Shown one piece after another: positions 1 to 8,769 of a stretch of 64,000 bases of DNA (within the stretch, counting starts at the first letter, position 1; each line of letters starts with the position of its first letter). The notes beneath the pieces are model-generated. The model was not told where the DNA came from. It saw only the letters and a program-made list of their open reading frames with translations, and ran no database searches. The position numbers were made by a program, and so were the translations under genes. Origin of the DNA: Terriglobia bacterium. Its GTDB lineage: Bacteria > Acidobacteriota > Terriglobia > UBA7540. The DNA is taken from positions 2,742-66,741 of the forward strand of contig DASYXZ010000090.1 in assembly GCA_035934315.1 (NCBI GenBank), read 5' to 3'.

Positions 1-1223
1 CCGAGATACCCCCATCCGGGTGTTTCCTCCCAAACCATCAAGCCCAGTTCGTCACAGGCTTCGAGAAAAGCCTCGGATTGGGGGTAGTGCGAACATCTCA
101 CGAAGTTGCAGTTGAAGTCTCGGCGGAGGATCTCCGCGTCCCGGCGGAGCACTCGACGAGGCATCGCGAAGCCAACGTAGGGGAACAACTCATGCCGGTC
201 CAAGCCGAAAAGCTGGAGCCGCTGTCCATTAAGAAAAAACCCGTCCACTTCAAAGCGCGCATCACGAAAGCCCATTCGGACGCGATAGTCGTGCACGGGC
301 CTGGCGTTCACCGATAATGTAACCACGATGTCGTAAAGTCGCGGTCTGTCCACATCCCAGAGCGCCACGTTTCCGAGATTCGAGAGAGTTAACGCAACCT
401 GTGACTCACCGGTCTTCTCCATGCTCAAGCTTCGCGAGGCACGGGCTAGAACGCGCGCGCCTTCCATCAAGGCGGCTTCAATTCGTATCGGCCGGGAGGG
501 CAGAACGGCGGCATCAATCGAGCACGTCACCTCCACGCGCCGGTCGGCGTCAAGCACCTTGACCGGTTTGGCAAAAACATCGCTAATGAAAATCTGCGGA
601 GCGGCGCGCAAGCTGACAGGCCGATCAATGCCTCCAGGCTCAAGGTAGTCGATGGACTGCGGCCCACGCGGGGAGCCTTCCGGCGGAACGTTGCTCCAGC
701 GAGAGTCGATGGCGACGGCAAGAACGTTGTCGTTTGGCGCAAGTAAGTTTGTGATTTCGTATTGGAACGGCAGGTAGCCCCCCAGGTGACGCGGCAAAAT
801 ATGCCCGTTGACCACTGGAGTTGCGCCCACCATGACCCCGTCGAAACATAGGAAGATGCGACGGCTCCTGAGTTCGTTGGGCAGGACAAAGTGTCGCCGG
901 TAAATCCAAACGTCCTCCCACTGCGCGGGGTCCCATTTCTGCCAGGAAAGTTTCGCCACGCAGTGAGGCAGGGTGATGCGGGTAAAAGCCGCGTCGTTAA
1001 ATCCCGGCTGGAGGGCGGCGTCGCTCAGTTTTCCTCCAAAAAGCCAGTCCCGATCCAATGAAAGCGTGCAGTGCGCCGGATCCGTCTGGCCAGCAGACAC
1101 CATGGCTGCGGCATTCGGGTGCGCCAACATGGCATCCGAGACAAAGGTCGCGGCGCCGACACTGCAGCTTCGAACGAAATCTCGTCGAGAAATCTTCATC
1201 GATCTGCCCCGGTGTTTACTCAT
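1..1223 (-). CDS. Glycoside hydrolase family 2 (beta-galactosidase/beta-glucuronidase-like), N-terminal ~407 aa; the 3' end lies beyond the left edge of the window
   Basis: Absent from the ORF track because it has no stop codon inside the window. My own minus-strand translation from ATG 1223 gives MSKHRGRSMKISRRDFVRSCSVGAATF (twin-arginine signal). GH2-type segments follow: DRDWLFGG, VVNGHILPRHLGGYLPFQYEIT, ALWDVDRPRLYDI, FFLNGQRLQLFGLDRHE, NFVRCSHYPQSEAFLEACDELGLMVWEE. ATG 1199 is an alternative start. Confidence 0.85.
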   Translation of the reverse strand, partial: MSKHRGRSMKISRRDFVRSCSVGAATFVSDAMLAHPNAAAMVSAGQTDPAHCTLSLDRDWLFGGKLSDAALQPGFNDAAFTRITLPHCVAKLSWQKWDPAQWEDVWIYRRHFVLPNELRSRRIFLCFDGVMVGATPVVNGHILPRHLGGYLPFQYEITNLLAPNDNVLAVAIDSRWSNVPPEGSPRGPQSIDYLEPGGIDRPVSLRAAPQIFISDVFAKPVKVLDADRRVEVTCSIDAAVLPSRPIRIEAALMEGARVLARASRSLSMEKTGESQVALTLSNLGNVALWDVDRPRLYDIVVTLSVNARPVHDYRVRMGFRDARFEVDGFFLNGQRLQLFGLDRHELFPYVGFAMPRRVLRRDAEILRRDFNCNFVRCSHYPQSEAFLEACDELGLMVWEETPGWGYL

Positions 1224-1275
1224 GAGTTCCGTCCTTTTGCAGATCCCGACTGTTCATGTCTGAGTCTGTGAAAAA

Positions 1276-3357
1276 TTATGCTCGGACAATAAATCGAAAC
1301 CGCGTGTCTTCGCCAAACCACTGAATGTAATTCGTGCCCCAGGCGTTGTTGTAAAGGCTGAAATGAATGCCTTGGGCAATTTCAGGTTGATCGGTGGAAT
1401 AAAAAATAGGCGACCGTTCCCCCAGCGCCGCCACCGGCGCGTCCAGGGTTTCGATCGAAAGGCCGCCGTGCGCGTCTTTGTAATTGACGCCGCTCGTGAC
1501 CGCATGCATGTGGCGGTTGCCGCCCGGGACAACATCAAACGGCGAAACAGGTTGATTGACCTTGTCGAGCGTCCATCCATGCGAATCCGGCGCCACGGGC
1601 AGGAAGCTGAGCCACATGGCTTCGGGAAGGCGGCTGGCTGGTTTTCCCAGGCAGAGGAAGCTAAGATGCACGGCGGGCTCCGCCTCCGGGAAAGCCAAGT
1701 CAAGGTACATCTTTCGCGGCCAGGCCGCCAGACCGGTGTGCTCCGCCTCGGCGTCGTCAATACGCAACTGGGTAAGAATTCGATAACCCCCCGCCACCTT
1801 GCCCGACCAGCAGCCAACGAGAGTTGGAAGCCAGGCGCGGCTCTGCGCCCCGAACTTCTCAATATTCGGTTTGCCGAAATCCATCGGCGCCCACCAGGTC
1901 TTGGCAATGACGTAGGCGGCCCGATACCGAGCGTAGTCCTCGGCGGAAAGGGTTTGGTAGGTGAACAGCGCAAGAGGGCGCTCCGAAGAAGCCCAATCAC
2001 GCTTTGCGGTTTTGGCGCGGAGCCGCTTAATCGCGCCAGTCTTGGGATCAAGCGCCACCATGAAGTGAGAGGTCTCAATCTCCGCCCCTGCCGGGTGCGG
2101 TTCGAGCCCCTTAGGGTCGGGGTCGGCCGGTTGCAAGGCGCGAATCCGTCCGCTCGCTTCAGCGCGCAAAGCCTGCGGCAGGTTTGCGACAGCATCATCA
2201 ATGTCCTTGCGCTTCTCTGCCCAACTGCTTTCCGCCCAGCGGAACAGAGGTGTGTCCAGCACAGTAGCGAGGTCCTTTGGCGTGTAATGCTCGTAATCTT
2301 TGAGCCGCTTCGTATCCACGCCCCAGGTGTGTTCCGCCGCCAGCAGCAGTCGTCGCAAGAGCGCCACGTCGGCTGAGTCACCAACGCGTAACCGCCCCTG
2401 TTCAAGCCAATCTTTGCGCAGCCGGACAACCATACGATAACGGGCCACCTTGACCGGGTCGCTGGGGACTCCATAAATCCAGGTGTCGCCGATTTCCTGC
2501 GTCACCACGGGCAGGTTGCCCCGGTACGGTTCCACCGCCAGCGCGATTTCGCTAAGGCTCGCGGCACTCACTTTCGCGCCGGGAAATTGCTTTCGCAGGT
2601 CCGCATAAATTTTCCTGACCTCTTCCACCGAATGCGGTCCGGAATTATCCCCGCGCATTTGGAGCGACACTACGAGGTCGGAGCCGGGAACCTGGAGGGT
2701 GGCGCCATAGCCGTGGTGGTACATCATCACGATCGAGGCGCCTTCCGGATCTTTCCAAACGAAGAACGGAGGCACTTGGGGAACTGTGCTGGCGCCGTTG
2801 ACGCCGATATCCAGCAGCTTCACGCCCTGCGCAGCCAGCGGAGCGACCAACCCACGCGAGTGGCCCGGCACGTCAGTCATCTTTGCGCCGACGGTCCGGC
2901 GACCGAAGCGGCGGTCGAGCGATTGCGAAAGCCCCACGGCCCCTTCGATCAAAGAGCGGTCCAGCATCTCCGTCTCCCACGAAAATGGCAGGGCGTGCCA
3001 GGCCAAGTCGCCCGCCTCCAACGCCTGCTCGGCTCGTTTTCGTGTTTCGCCCGCAGCCTGGTCGAGATACTCGTAAGGGAGCCACGAGCCCGTCGTCCAA
3101 ATGTACCGGTCCTCGCCCGATTGCCGCATGGCCGCTGCAACCTGAATGGCCGCGGGGAAATATTGGTCAAAATATTTCCGCATGACGCCGGCCTGTGTGT
3201 CCGTGAAACCGACATCCAGGTGGCACTTGAACATCACCATCACTCGCTTGACCTCGGTCGCGCCACTCGGCGCCAGTGCCTCTTGTCCAAAACCGGGATT
3301 GCACGTGAGCGCCCCACCGGCAGCGATCACGCGCTTCACGAATTCTCGCCGTCTCAT
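1276..3357 (-). CDS. Putative glycoside hydrolase, GH38 N-terminal-like / DUF5054-type, Tat-exported
   Basis: 693-aa ORF. The N-terminus MRRREFVKRVIAAGGAL has an RR motif. The segment MFKCHLDVGFTDTQ...YIWTTGSWL resembles the DUF5054/GH38-like family as I remember it. GGAGG lies upstream of ATG 3357. The family assignment is from memory only. Confidence 0.6.
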   Translation of the reverse strand: MRRREFVKRVIAAGGALTCNPGFGQEALAPSGATEVKRVMVMFKCHLDVGFTDTQAGVMRKYFDQYFPAAIQVAAAMRQSGEDRYIWTTGSWLPYEYLDQAAGETRKRAEQALEAGDLAWHALPFSWETEMLDRSLIEGAVGLSQSLDRRFGRRTVGAKMTDVPGHSRGLVAPLAAQGVKLLDIGVNGASTVPQVPPFFVWKDPEGASIVMMYHHGYGATLQVPGSDLVVSLQMRGDNSGPHSVEEVRKIYADLRKQFPGAKVSAASLSEIALAVEPYRGNLPVVTQEIGDTWIYGVPSDPVKVARYRMVVRLRKDWLEQGRLRVGDSADVALLRRLLLAAEHTWGVDTKRLKDYEHYTPKDLATVLDTPLFRWAESSWAEKRKDIDDAVANLPQALRAEASGRIRALQPADPDPKGLEPHPAGAEIETSHFMVALDPKTGAIKRLRAKTAKRDWASSERPLALFTYQTLSAEDYARYRAAYVIAKTWWAPMDFGKPNIEKFGAQSRAWLPTLVGCWSGKVAGGYRILTQLRIDDAEAEHTGLAAWPRKMYLDLAFPEAEPAVHLSFLCLGKPASRLPEAMWLSFLPVAPDSHGWTLDKVNQPVSPFDVVPGGNRHMHAVTSGVNYKDAHGGLSIETLDAPVAALGERSPIFYSTDQPEIAQGIHFSLYNNAWGTNYIQWFGEDTRFRFIVRA

Positions 3358-3470
3358 ATCTTGACCTCCAGAAATACCATCCTAAAACCGCGCTGTCCCA
3401 TCACACTTTGAACACGAACTCGAAAGGACTCCGTAATTTCCTTATTCTTTTTTTTCGACGTCCATTTCGC

Positions 3471-5762
3471 TTAACGCCGCTCGGCCCGCAGCACCCAGAT
3501 TTCTCCTCCTGCCAGCTTTCTCCTTAGAGTCAAGCGGCCGCCTGTTTCTCGATAGGGAACCACCGCGTCCCGCTGAAGGTCGCGAACTTCACGGACAGGC
3601 CAGGAAATGTCGACGGAGATTTGCGCCTCCGCCGGAGTCGCAGCGTGGTTGAAAGCGAAAATGAATTGGTCGTGGTCGCCGACGAACCTTCGGACTTCGA
3701 TCTCCGCCGTCCCGCTTCCTGAAACTTTGGCATCCGGCTGCACGCCGGCGGCGCGCGCCAGGGCAACCAAGAAATCTTTTGTGGACTCCGCGTGGTCGCG
3801 CTGGTAAGAGAGGGCCACGAACGAACCGATGAGAATTGCCTTCCCTTTTCCAAATGGTTTTTCAACCACCGCCGGCGAGCGGCTCCAAAGCCTCTTCGAA
3901 CCCATCGCCAAAGATCGGCCCGGCGCCAAGGCCCTCGAGGCCGCCCGAGGGCACCGAAGGCCGCACCAAAATTTCCGCCTTGTCGACGGGCCGAATGAGT
4001 TTTTCCCGCGCCCCGAAAACCTCTGCCAAGCCCAAGCCCGGAACAACCTCGCTGGCAAAACCTCGCTCGTCGTTCCAGGCAAGGCGCGCTTCCGCCACCA
4101 CGGTGCCGCCGCCACGGATATATTCCTTGACGCCGTCCGCCACCTACTTCGAGAGCATCACGGGAAACGGCAGGAACAGGATTTTATATTGGCTGAGCCG
4201 GCTCCCGCTCGCATCGCCGCTCACATCGATGGGGTGGACAAAATCCACCGGGATTTGTTCCTCGAAAAACGCCCGGTGCAGGCCCATCAGCGAGTCACGC
4301 TCGGCATTGCCAAGTTTCGAAAGTGACGGCTCTTCTCCTCCGACCATGTAGGAAAGCCGGTTGTAGAGGATGGCTACCTTCGCCGCGGCGGGTGACGCCG
4401 CGAGCAGCGCAGCGGCGTTGTTCTGGATGATCCGCGCCACCTTTCCCGCGTCGCGAGAGCGAGGCGTGAGCGTGCCATCGAGATTCACCAGGCCGTAGCC
4501 GCCCGACTCAAATCCGGAGCTCATGGGATACCAGGCGTAGATCGCTATTTCGCGCGCGCCGTGGGCGATGGCCTCCCACATCCAGAGTTGCTCGTCCTCG
4601 GAAGTCACGGGATCGGCAATCCTCATTCCGGTCACGCCCTGCCCGGCTTGAAGCTCGCCGATCCAGAATCCTTTTCCGAAACTATGCCCCGATGACCGCA
4701 CGAAATCGAGCGCCGCCGAAAGCATGGGATAATGCCCGGGCGCGACGATTGGGAGTGTTTGGGGTAGAGCGAGGTGCCGAAGAAATCGGCCACCGCCGCC
4801 ATGCGGAAATCGTCCGGCTCGCCGTAACCGTCGGTGGGCGAAGTGAACATCGCCGGAGCCGCAGCGTGGCTGGTGATGGGATGGGTGGAATCGAAGGCGC
4901 GCACGGCGTCGACGCGAGTCTTCAGGTCTCCAGCCAGCTTGTCCGTGATAAAGGCGCGCCAGTCGAGATAGTCAGTAAAGGATAGGATGGTCGAGTCCCG
5001 CGGCGGTTGGACTTTGCCCCAGCTTGTGAATTCGCGATACCACGCCCGGTTCAGCGCTTCCACAGTGCCGTATTTGCGCGTGAGCCATTCCCGGAAGCGC
5101 GCCTGCGTGGACGGGCAGTAGCAGAATTCCGGGTGGTACAGGTACGGAAACTCAGCCCAGTTGATCACGTGCGGCTCGCTCCATACGTCCCAGCCATAAA
5201 GCGCCGCGGAGGAGTTGGCCTGGCGCGAGAGGGCCTGGATGAATTTGACCATGGCGGCTCGCACACCCGGATGGTCAATACAATAGCCGGGCGCGGCTTC
5301 CGATTGAATCACCGCGCCGGAGCGGTCCACAAAGCGGCCGTCGGGATAGACCCTGCCCACCCAGTCGGGCGCCGAGTCCGTGTAAATCTGAACGATCACG
5401 CGCAGGCCGCGTTCGTGGGCGAGCCGCATCAGCAGGTCCAGGTTCTTGAAGTTGAACTGGCCCTGCTGCGGCTCGGCCGTGGCCCAGTCCACCCAGCACT
5501 TCACCGTATTGAAGCCCACCGCCTTGATCGTGTCGAGATCTTTGCCCCAACGCGCGGCGCTGGTGGCATCGAGCGGTTCGAGGATCGGGGCGCGAGCCTT
5601 GCCTCCACCGTACCAGACGGCCACCGGGAAAAAAGCGCCCTGGTCAGGTCCCGACGGCATCACCTGGACAGGCCGCGTCACGTTCAATTCCCCAAAGGCG
5701 CAAACCAGCAAAAGAGATGCGCACACCGGCAATGGAGAGAAAGAAATCCTGTTCGGCTTCAT
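3471..5762 (-). pseudogene. GH42 beta-galactosidase, disrupted by two frame changes and one in-frame TAG
   Basis: Four collinear minus-strand ORF pieces spell one GH42 protein: 5762-4632, 4725-4144, 4143-3862 and 4115-3471. GH42-type segments are KCWVDWATAEPQQGQFNF, VIVQIYTDSAPDW, WDVWSEPH, GFWIGELQAGQG, KILFLPFPVMLSK / VADGVKEYIRGGGTVV and EKPFGKGKAILIGSF. The first lesion is a frame switch near 4732-4745 (..SRPG|HYPMLSAALDF..). The second is a TAG at 4144-4146 directly followed in frame by more GH42 sequence. The third is a frame switch back near 3867-3880 (..EPLAGG|VVEKPFGKG..). The probable start is ATG 5762 (MKPNRISFSPLPVCASLLLVCAFG signal). Confidence 0.7.
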
Positions 5763-5834
5763 CAGAAATGCTCCAAAAGATTGGGCGCGGCTCGCTGGGG
5801 AAACATGAAACGTTGAGCCGCCTCTCTTCAACCC

Positions 5835-7145
5835 CTAACTTTTTCCCGCCAGATTCTCAAAGAGGAAGAGGCCGGATTTTCCGGCGACGATAACATCCAG
5901 ATTGCCGTCGCCATCGATATCAACCACAGGAATCTGCATCCCGCCGCCCGTGCGCGTGCTGTAATCCATAACATGCCTTTTCCAGTGGACGGCGCCGCCA
6001 GCCCCGTTGGCCCCCTTGGGCATGGTCTGCTCGTACCAATAAACGCCCAGCGGCTCGTTGGCGCCCGGATCGTGGTCATGGGCGTAGTAGCGTTTTCCCG
6101 TAACCAGCTCAGGCCGCCCGTCTCCATTCAAGTCCGCCAAGCTCAGGGCATGCGCCTGCGACCAGCTTGTATCAATCGGGTGCTTCACCCAATTGCGGTT
6201 GCCGCGAGCATCTTTCTTTTGCTCGTACCAGAAAATGCCGTAGTCGTGTCCGAGGCTCGTGACCAGGTCCGGCAATCCGTCGCCATTCACGTCCAGGGTG
6301 TAAATGAATCCTGTGGCCCCCAGATCGAACTCCTCATGGAAGATCCATTGGCCGTTCCGTGGGTCCGCAGGGGCTTCGAACCATCCCTTAGGCGTAATGA
6401 TGTCCGTTCTTCCGTCGCCGTTGACGTCCCCCGCGCCGATGCCGTGTCCGTAGCTTTTGGGACTGATCTCATGCTTGATCCACGGGTCATCCGCGCCCTT
6501 TCCTGAAAGCTCATACCACGCCAGGGGGAAGTCGGCACGGCCGAACTGAGGCAAAAGCTGAAGAGGTTTTCCCGTGTTCAGAATATCCACGAGAAAAACA
6601 AATTCCACCGGGGACCTCGACTCGATCAGGTGTTCACGCCACGGTCGGTCGGACTTGCCCGGATTCTCCCACCAGGTCAGGGGCTTTGACCAATACGAAC
6701 AACTGACGACGTCGGGATACCCGTTGCCAGTGACGTCAATAGCCAGGTCACTCAGGTCTTCCAAGTAGTCGAAAGTATACGGCAGGTCGCGGAATTTGTG
6801 CTTGATGAAGCGCGGACCGACGCCCGGCGCGGGCGGCCCTTGCTCGTACCAGTTCTCTCCACAAATGATGTCGAGCCTCCCGTCCCCGTTCATGTCAACC
6901 ACAGTTACAGTTTCGCTGATGCCCAGGTCGAGGGTATGCTTGCGGAAAGGGATGGCATCATCTCCTGCCGGCGCGTTTGCGCCATTGATGTAACTGTTGT
7001 TTGGCGCCGCGACGGCGACGCCGCTCTTTGCCCTGCTCTTCGCTGTGGCGGCAGGGGACGACAAGAACATGCTTGCGGGAACAGCCGCGCTCACCGACTT
7101 GAGGAATTGTCTTCTCTTCTCACGCTTCTCGCTTTGATCCATCAT
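5835..7145 (-). CDS. FG-GAP/VCBS-repeat beta-propeller protein, Tat-exported, function unknown
   Basis: N-terminus MMDQSEKREKRRQFLKSVSAAVPASMFL (Tat). Repeated Ca-binding-type blades are present: DMNGDGRLDIICGENWYE, DVTGNGYPDVVSCSYW, GDVNGDGRTDIITPKGWFE, LDVNGDGLPDLVTS, ADLNGDGRPELVTGKRYY, VDIDGDGNLDVIVAGKSGLFLFEN. It is a paralogue of 45654-46979. Confidence 0.8.
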   Translation of the reverse strand: MMDQSEKREKRRQFLKSVSAAVPASMFLSSPAATAKSRAKSGVAVAAPNNSYINGANAPAGDDAIPFRKHTLDLGISETVTVVDMNGDGRLDIICGENWYEQGPPAPGVGPRFIKHKFRDLPYTFDYLEDLSDLAIDVTGNGYPDVVSCSYWSKPLTWWENPGKSDRPWREHLIESRSPVEFVFLVDILNTGKPLQLLPQFGRADFPLAWYELSGKGADDPWIKHEISPKSYGHGIGAGDVNGDGRTDIITPKGWFEAPADPRNGQWIFHEEFDLGATGFIYTLDVNGDGLPDLVTSLGHDYGIFWYEQKKDARGNRNWVKHPIDTSWSQAHALSLADLNGDGRPELVTGKRYYAHDHDPGANEPLGVYWYEQTMPKGANGAGGAVHWKRHVMDYSTRTGGGMQIPVVDIDGDGNLDVIVAGKSGLFLFENLAGKS

Positions 7146-7301
7146 GATTCTCCCCTTAGTGGTGACGGTAACATTTGTTGTAGCGGCGCTGTCCTCAGCG
7201 CCGAAAGACGCCGGTGGGGACACCGGCGCTATAGAGGCGACCGCCACCATATTTTGCGAACATCGAGAGGCCTATGGAACGGATGCCGGATTCAACAACA
7301 T

Positions 7302-8156
7302 TCAACGGATATCCAACTCCTGGCTCAAATCCTTAATAAATTTCAGCCCGCGGCTGGCCAGTTCATCGCCCGACGGAGCTAGGTCGCGCCAGATGGCTGC
7401 CGCCGCAGCCAGCTCCGGCTCGGGCTGGGCAAAGGACTCGATCGTTAACCATCCCTCATAGCCGATTTCCTTGAGTGTTGAGAGAGTGCCCCGCCAGTCG
7501 GTGTGGCCGGTCCCGGGAATGCCCCGGTCGTTCTCGGAAATGTGTACGTGGCCGAGGTCTTTGGCCACGGCACGAAGGGAATCGGCGGGATGCCGCTCTT
7601 CAATATTGGCATGAAACGTATCGAAGTGAATTCTCACATTGGGCTCGCCGATGTCGTGAACCAATTGAGCCGCGTCGCTCAGCGTGTTGAGGAAGTAAGT
7701 TTCGAAGCGGTTCAAAGGCTCGACGCACAGAGTGACGCCGAGTTCTTGCCCTCGCCGGGCGGCGGCACGAAGGCCGTCGACCGCCCATTCCCACTCATCC
7801 TGAGTCCTTCGTGTGCCCGTCATTACGCCGAGACCGGCATAGACTGGCCCGCAGATCAGGCGCGCGCCGAGCTCCGCCGTTCGTTCCACGCAGCGCGTGA
7901 GGAATTCTCCGCCGCGCGCCCGCACTTCGGGCTGCGGACTCACCAGGTTGACATCCCTCGGGAGCACACTGCACGTGGTCCGCTCGAGATGGAATTCGTC
8001 GAGGATACGCCTCACGGCAGGAATTTCGTTTGGTTCCTCGGGTGAAAGAAAAATCTCCACGCCGTCAAAACCCCAGTCGCGAATTCTGGAAAACAGAGGG
8101 CGTTGCTCTTCGCCCACCCGAGTAGTCCACACCATAGTGTTGACGCCGTATTTCAT
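7302..8156 (-). CDS. Sugar phosphate isomerase/epimerase (xylose-isomerase-like TIM barrel), ketose 3-epimerase-like, no signal peptide
   Basis: 284 aa. The motifs CVEPLNRFETYFLN, HFDTFHANIEE and HISENDRGIPGTGHTDW are typical of the AP-endonuclease-2/xylose-isomerase-like TIM family, in the D-tagatose/D-psicose 3-epimerase style. GGAGG lies upstream of ATG 8156. Confidence 0.8.
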   Translation of the reverse strand: MKYGVNTMVWTTRVGEEQRPLFSRIRDWGFDGVEIFLSPEEPNEIPAVRRILDEFHLERTTCSVLPRDVNLVSPQPEVRARGGEFLTRCVERTAELGARLICGPVYAGLGVMTGTRRTQDEWEWAVDGLRAAARRGQELGVTLCVEPLNRFETYFLNTLSDAAQLVHDIGEPNVRIHFDTFHANIEERHPADSLRAVAKDLGHVHISENDRGIPGTGHTDWRGTLSTLKEIGYEGWLTIESFAQPEPELAAAAAIWRDLAPSGDELASRGLKFIKDLSQELDIR

Positions 8157-8177
8157 CGCTCGGCCTCCGAGTTGATC

Positions 8178-8720
8178 TTAATCTTTCTTTACGATATTCG
8201 GCATGGCGCATTCCGGGAAGGCCGAAATATAAGTATTACCCTGATATTGCAGGTCCTGGTGGATGCCGATCGCGGAAGTGTAGTAACCGTTCACCGCCAT
8301 GTTTTTGAGGGTCGTGAAAAACCGTTCGAGTTCGGTTTGGGGAGCGCCCTCGTGGGCGGAGGCTTTGGCCAGCGCCGCAGCCAAGGAGCCCAATGAAGAT
8401 TGTCCCGCTTCTTCCCGCATTAACCGCAATCCGTTCCGCCACCGGGCTTTCACAGCATCGCTGCTGGTTGCCACCATCAGGTCGGCAAACAAGCTTGCTT
8501 GCGCCTCATGGGCGCCAGGGGAATGAGCGTCCGCGGGAATGATCATTTCCATAAGCTGGTCAACGAGTTCGTTTTCTTTCGGAGTGAAAAATCGCAACTC
8601 GTAATCACTCGCAGACCATGCCGTGCCCGCAGCCGGATGGCAGAGCACAGCGCCCGGGGCGTCAAGTTTCGGCGCCAGGGCGCCCAGAGCGACGATTTTG
8701 ATTGCCGTCCTTCGTTTCAT
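8178..8720 (-). CDS. Gluconate 2-dehydrogenase subunit 3 family protein (small Tat-signal partner of a GMC flavoprotein)
   Basis: N-terminus MKRRTAIKIVALGALAPK (Tat-like). The segment FFTPKENELVDQLMEMIIPADAHSPGA and the conserved C-terminal NGYYTS-type motif match this small-subunit family. The gene lies 49 nt downstream of the GMC oxidoreductase gene. Confidence 0.8.
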   Translation of the reverse strand: MKRRTAIKIVALGALAPKLDAPGAVLCHPAAGTAWSASDYELRFFTPKENELVDQLMEMIIPADAHSPGAHEAQASLFADLMVATSSDAVKARWRNGLRLMREEAGQSSLGSLAAALAKASAHEGAPQTELERFFTTLKNMAVNGYYTSAIGIHQDLQYQGNTYISAFPECAMPNIVKKD

Positions 8721-8769
8721 CCGCAAATTTTCACCTCGGACTTTGGACACCACAGTTCGGACTATGCAC

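Noticed and set aside
1254-2474. Long alternative-frame or antisense ORFs overlapping well-supported genes. Examples are 1254-2474(-), 1363-2376(+), 9772-11103(+), 19410-20633(-), 24395-25324(+), 25421-26374(+), 34229-35440(+), 37757-39223(+) and 53121-54482(+).
   Set aside because: Their translations are Arg/Pro/Gly/Ala-rich and low in complexity, with no recognisable motifs. Each is fully shadowed by a gene with strong family signatures on the other strand or frame. This is the typical pattern of spurious ORFs in GC-rich DNA.
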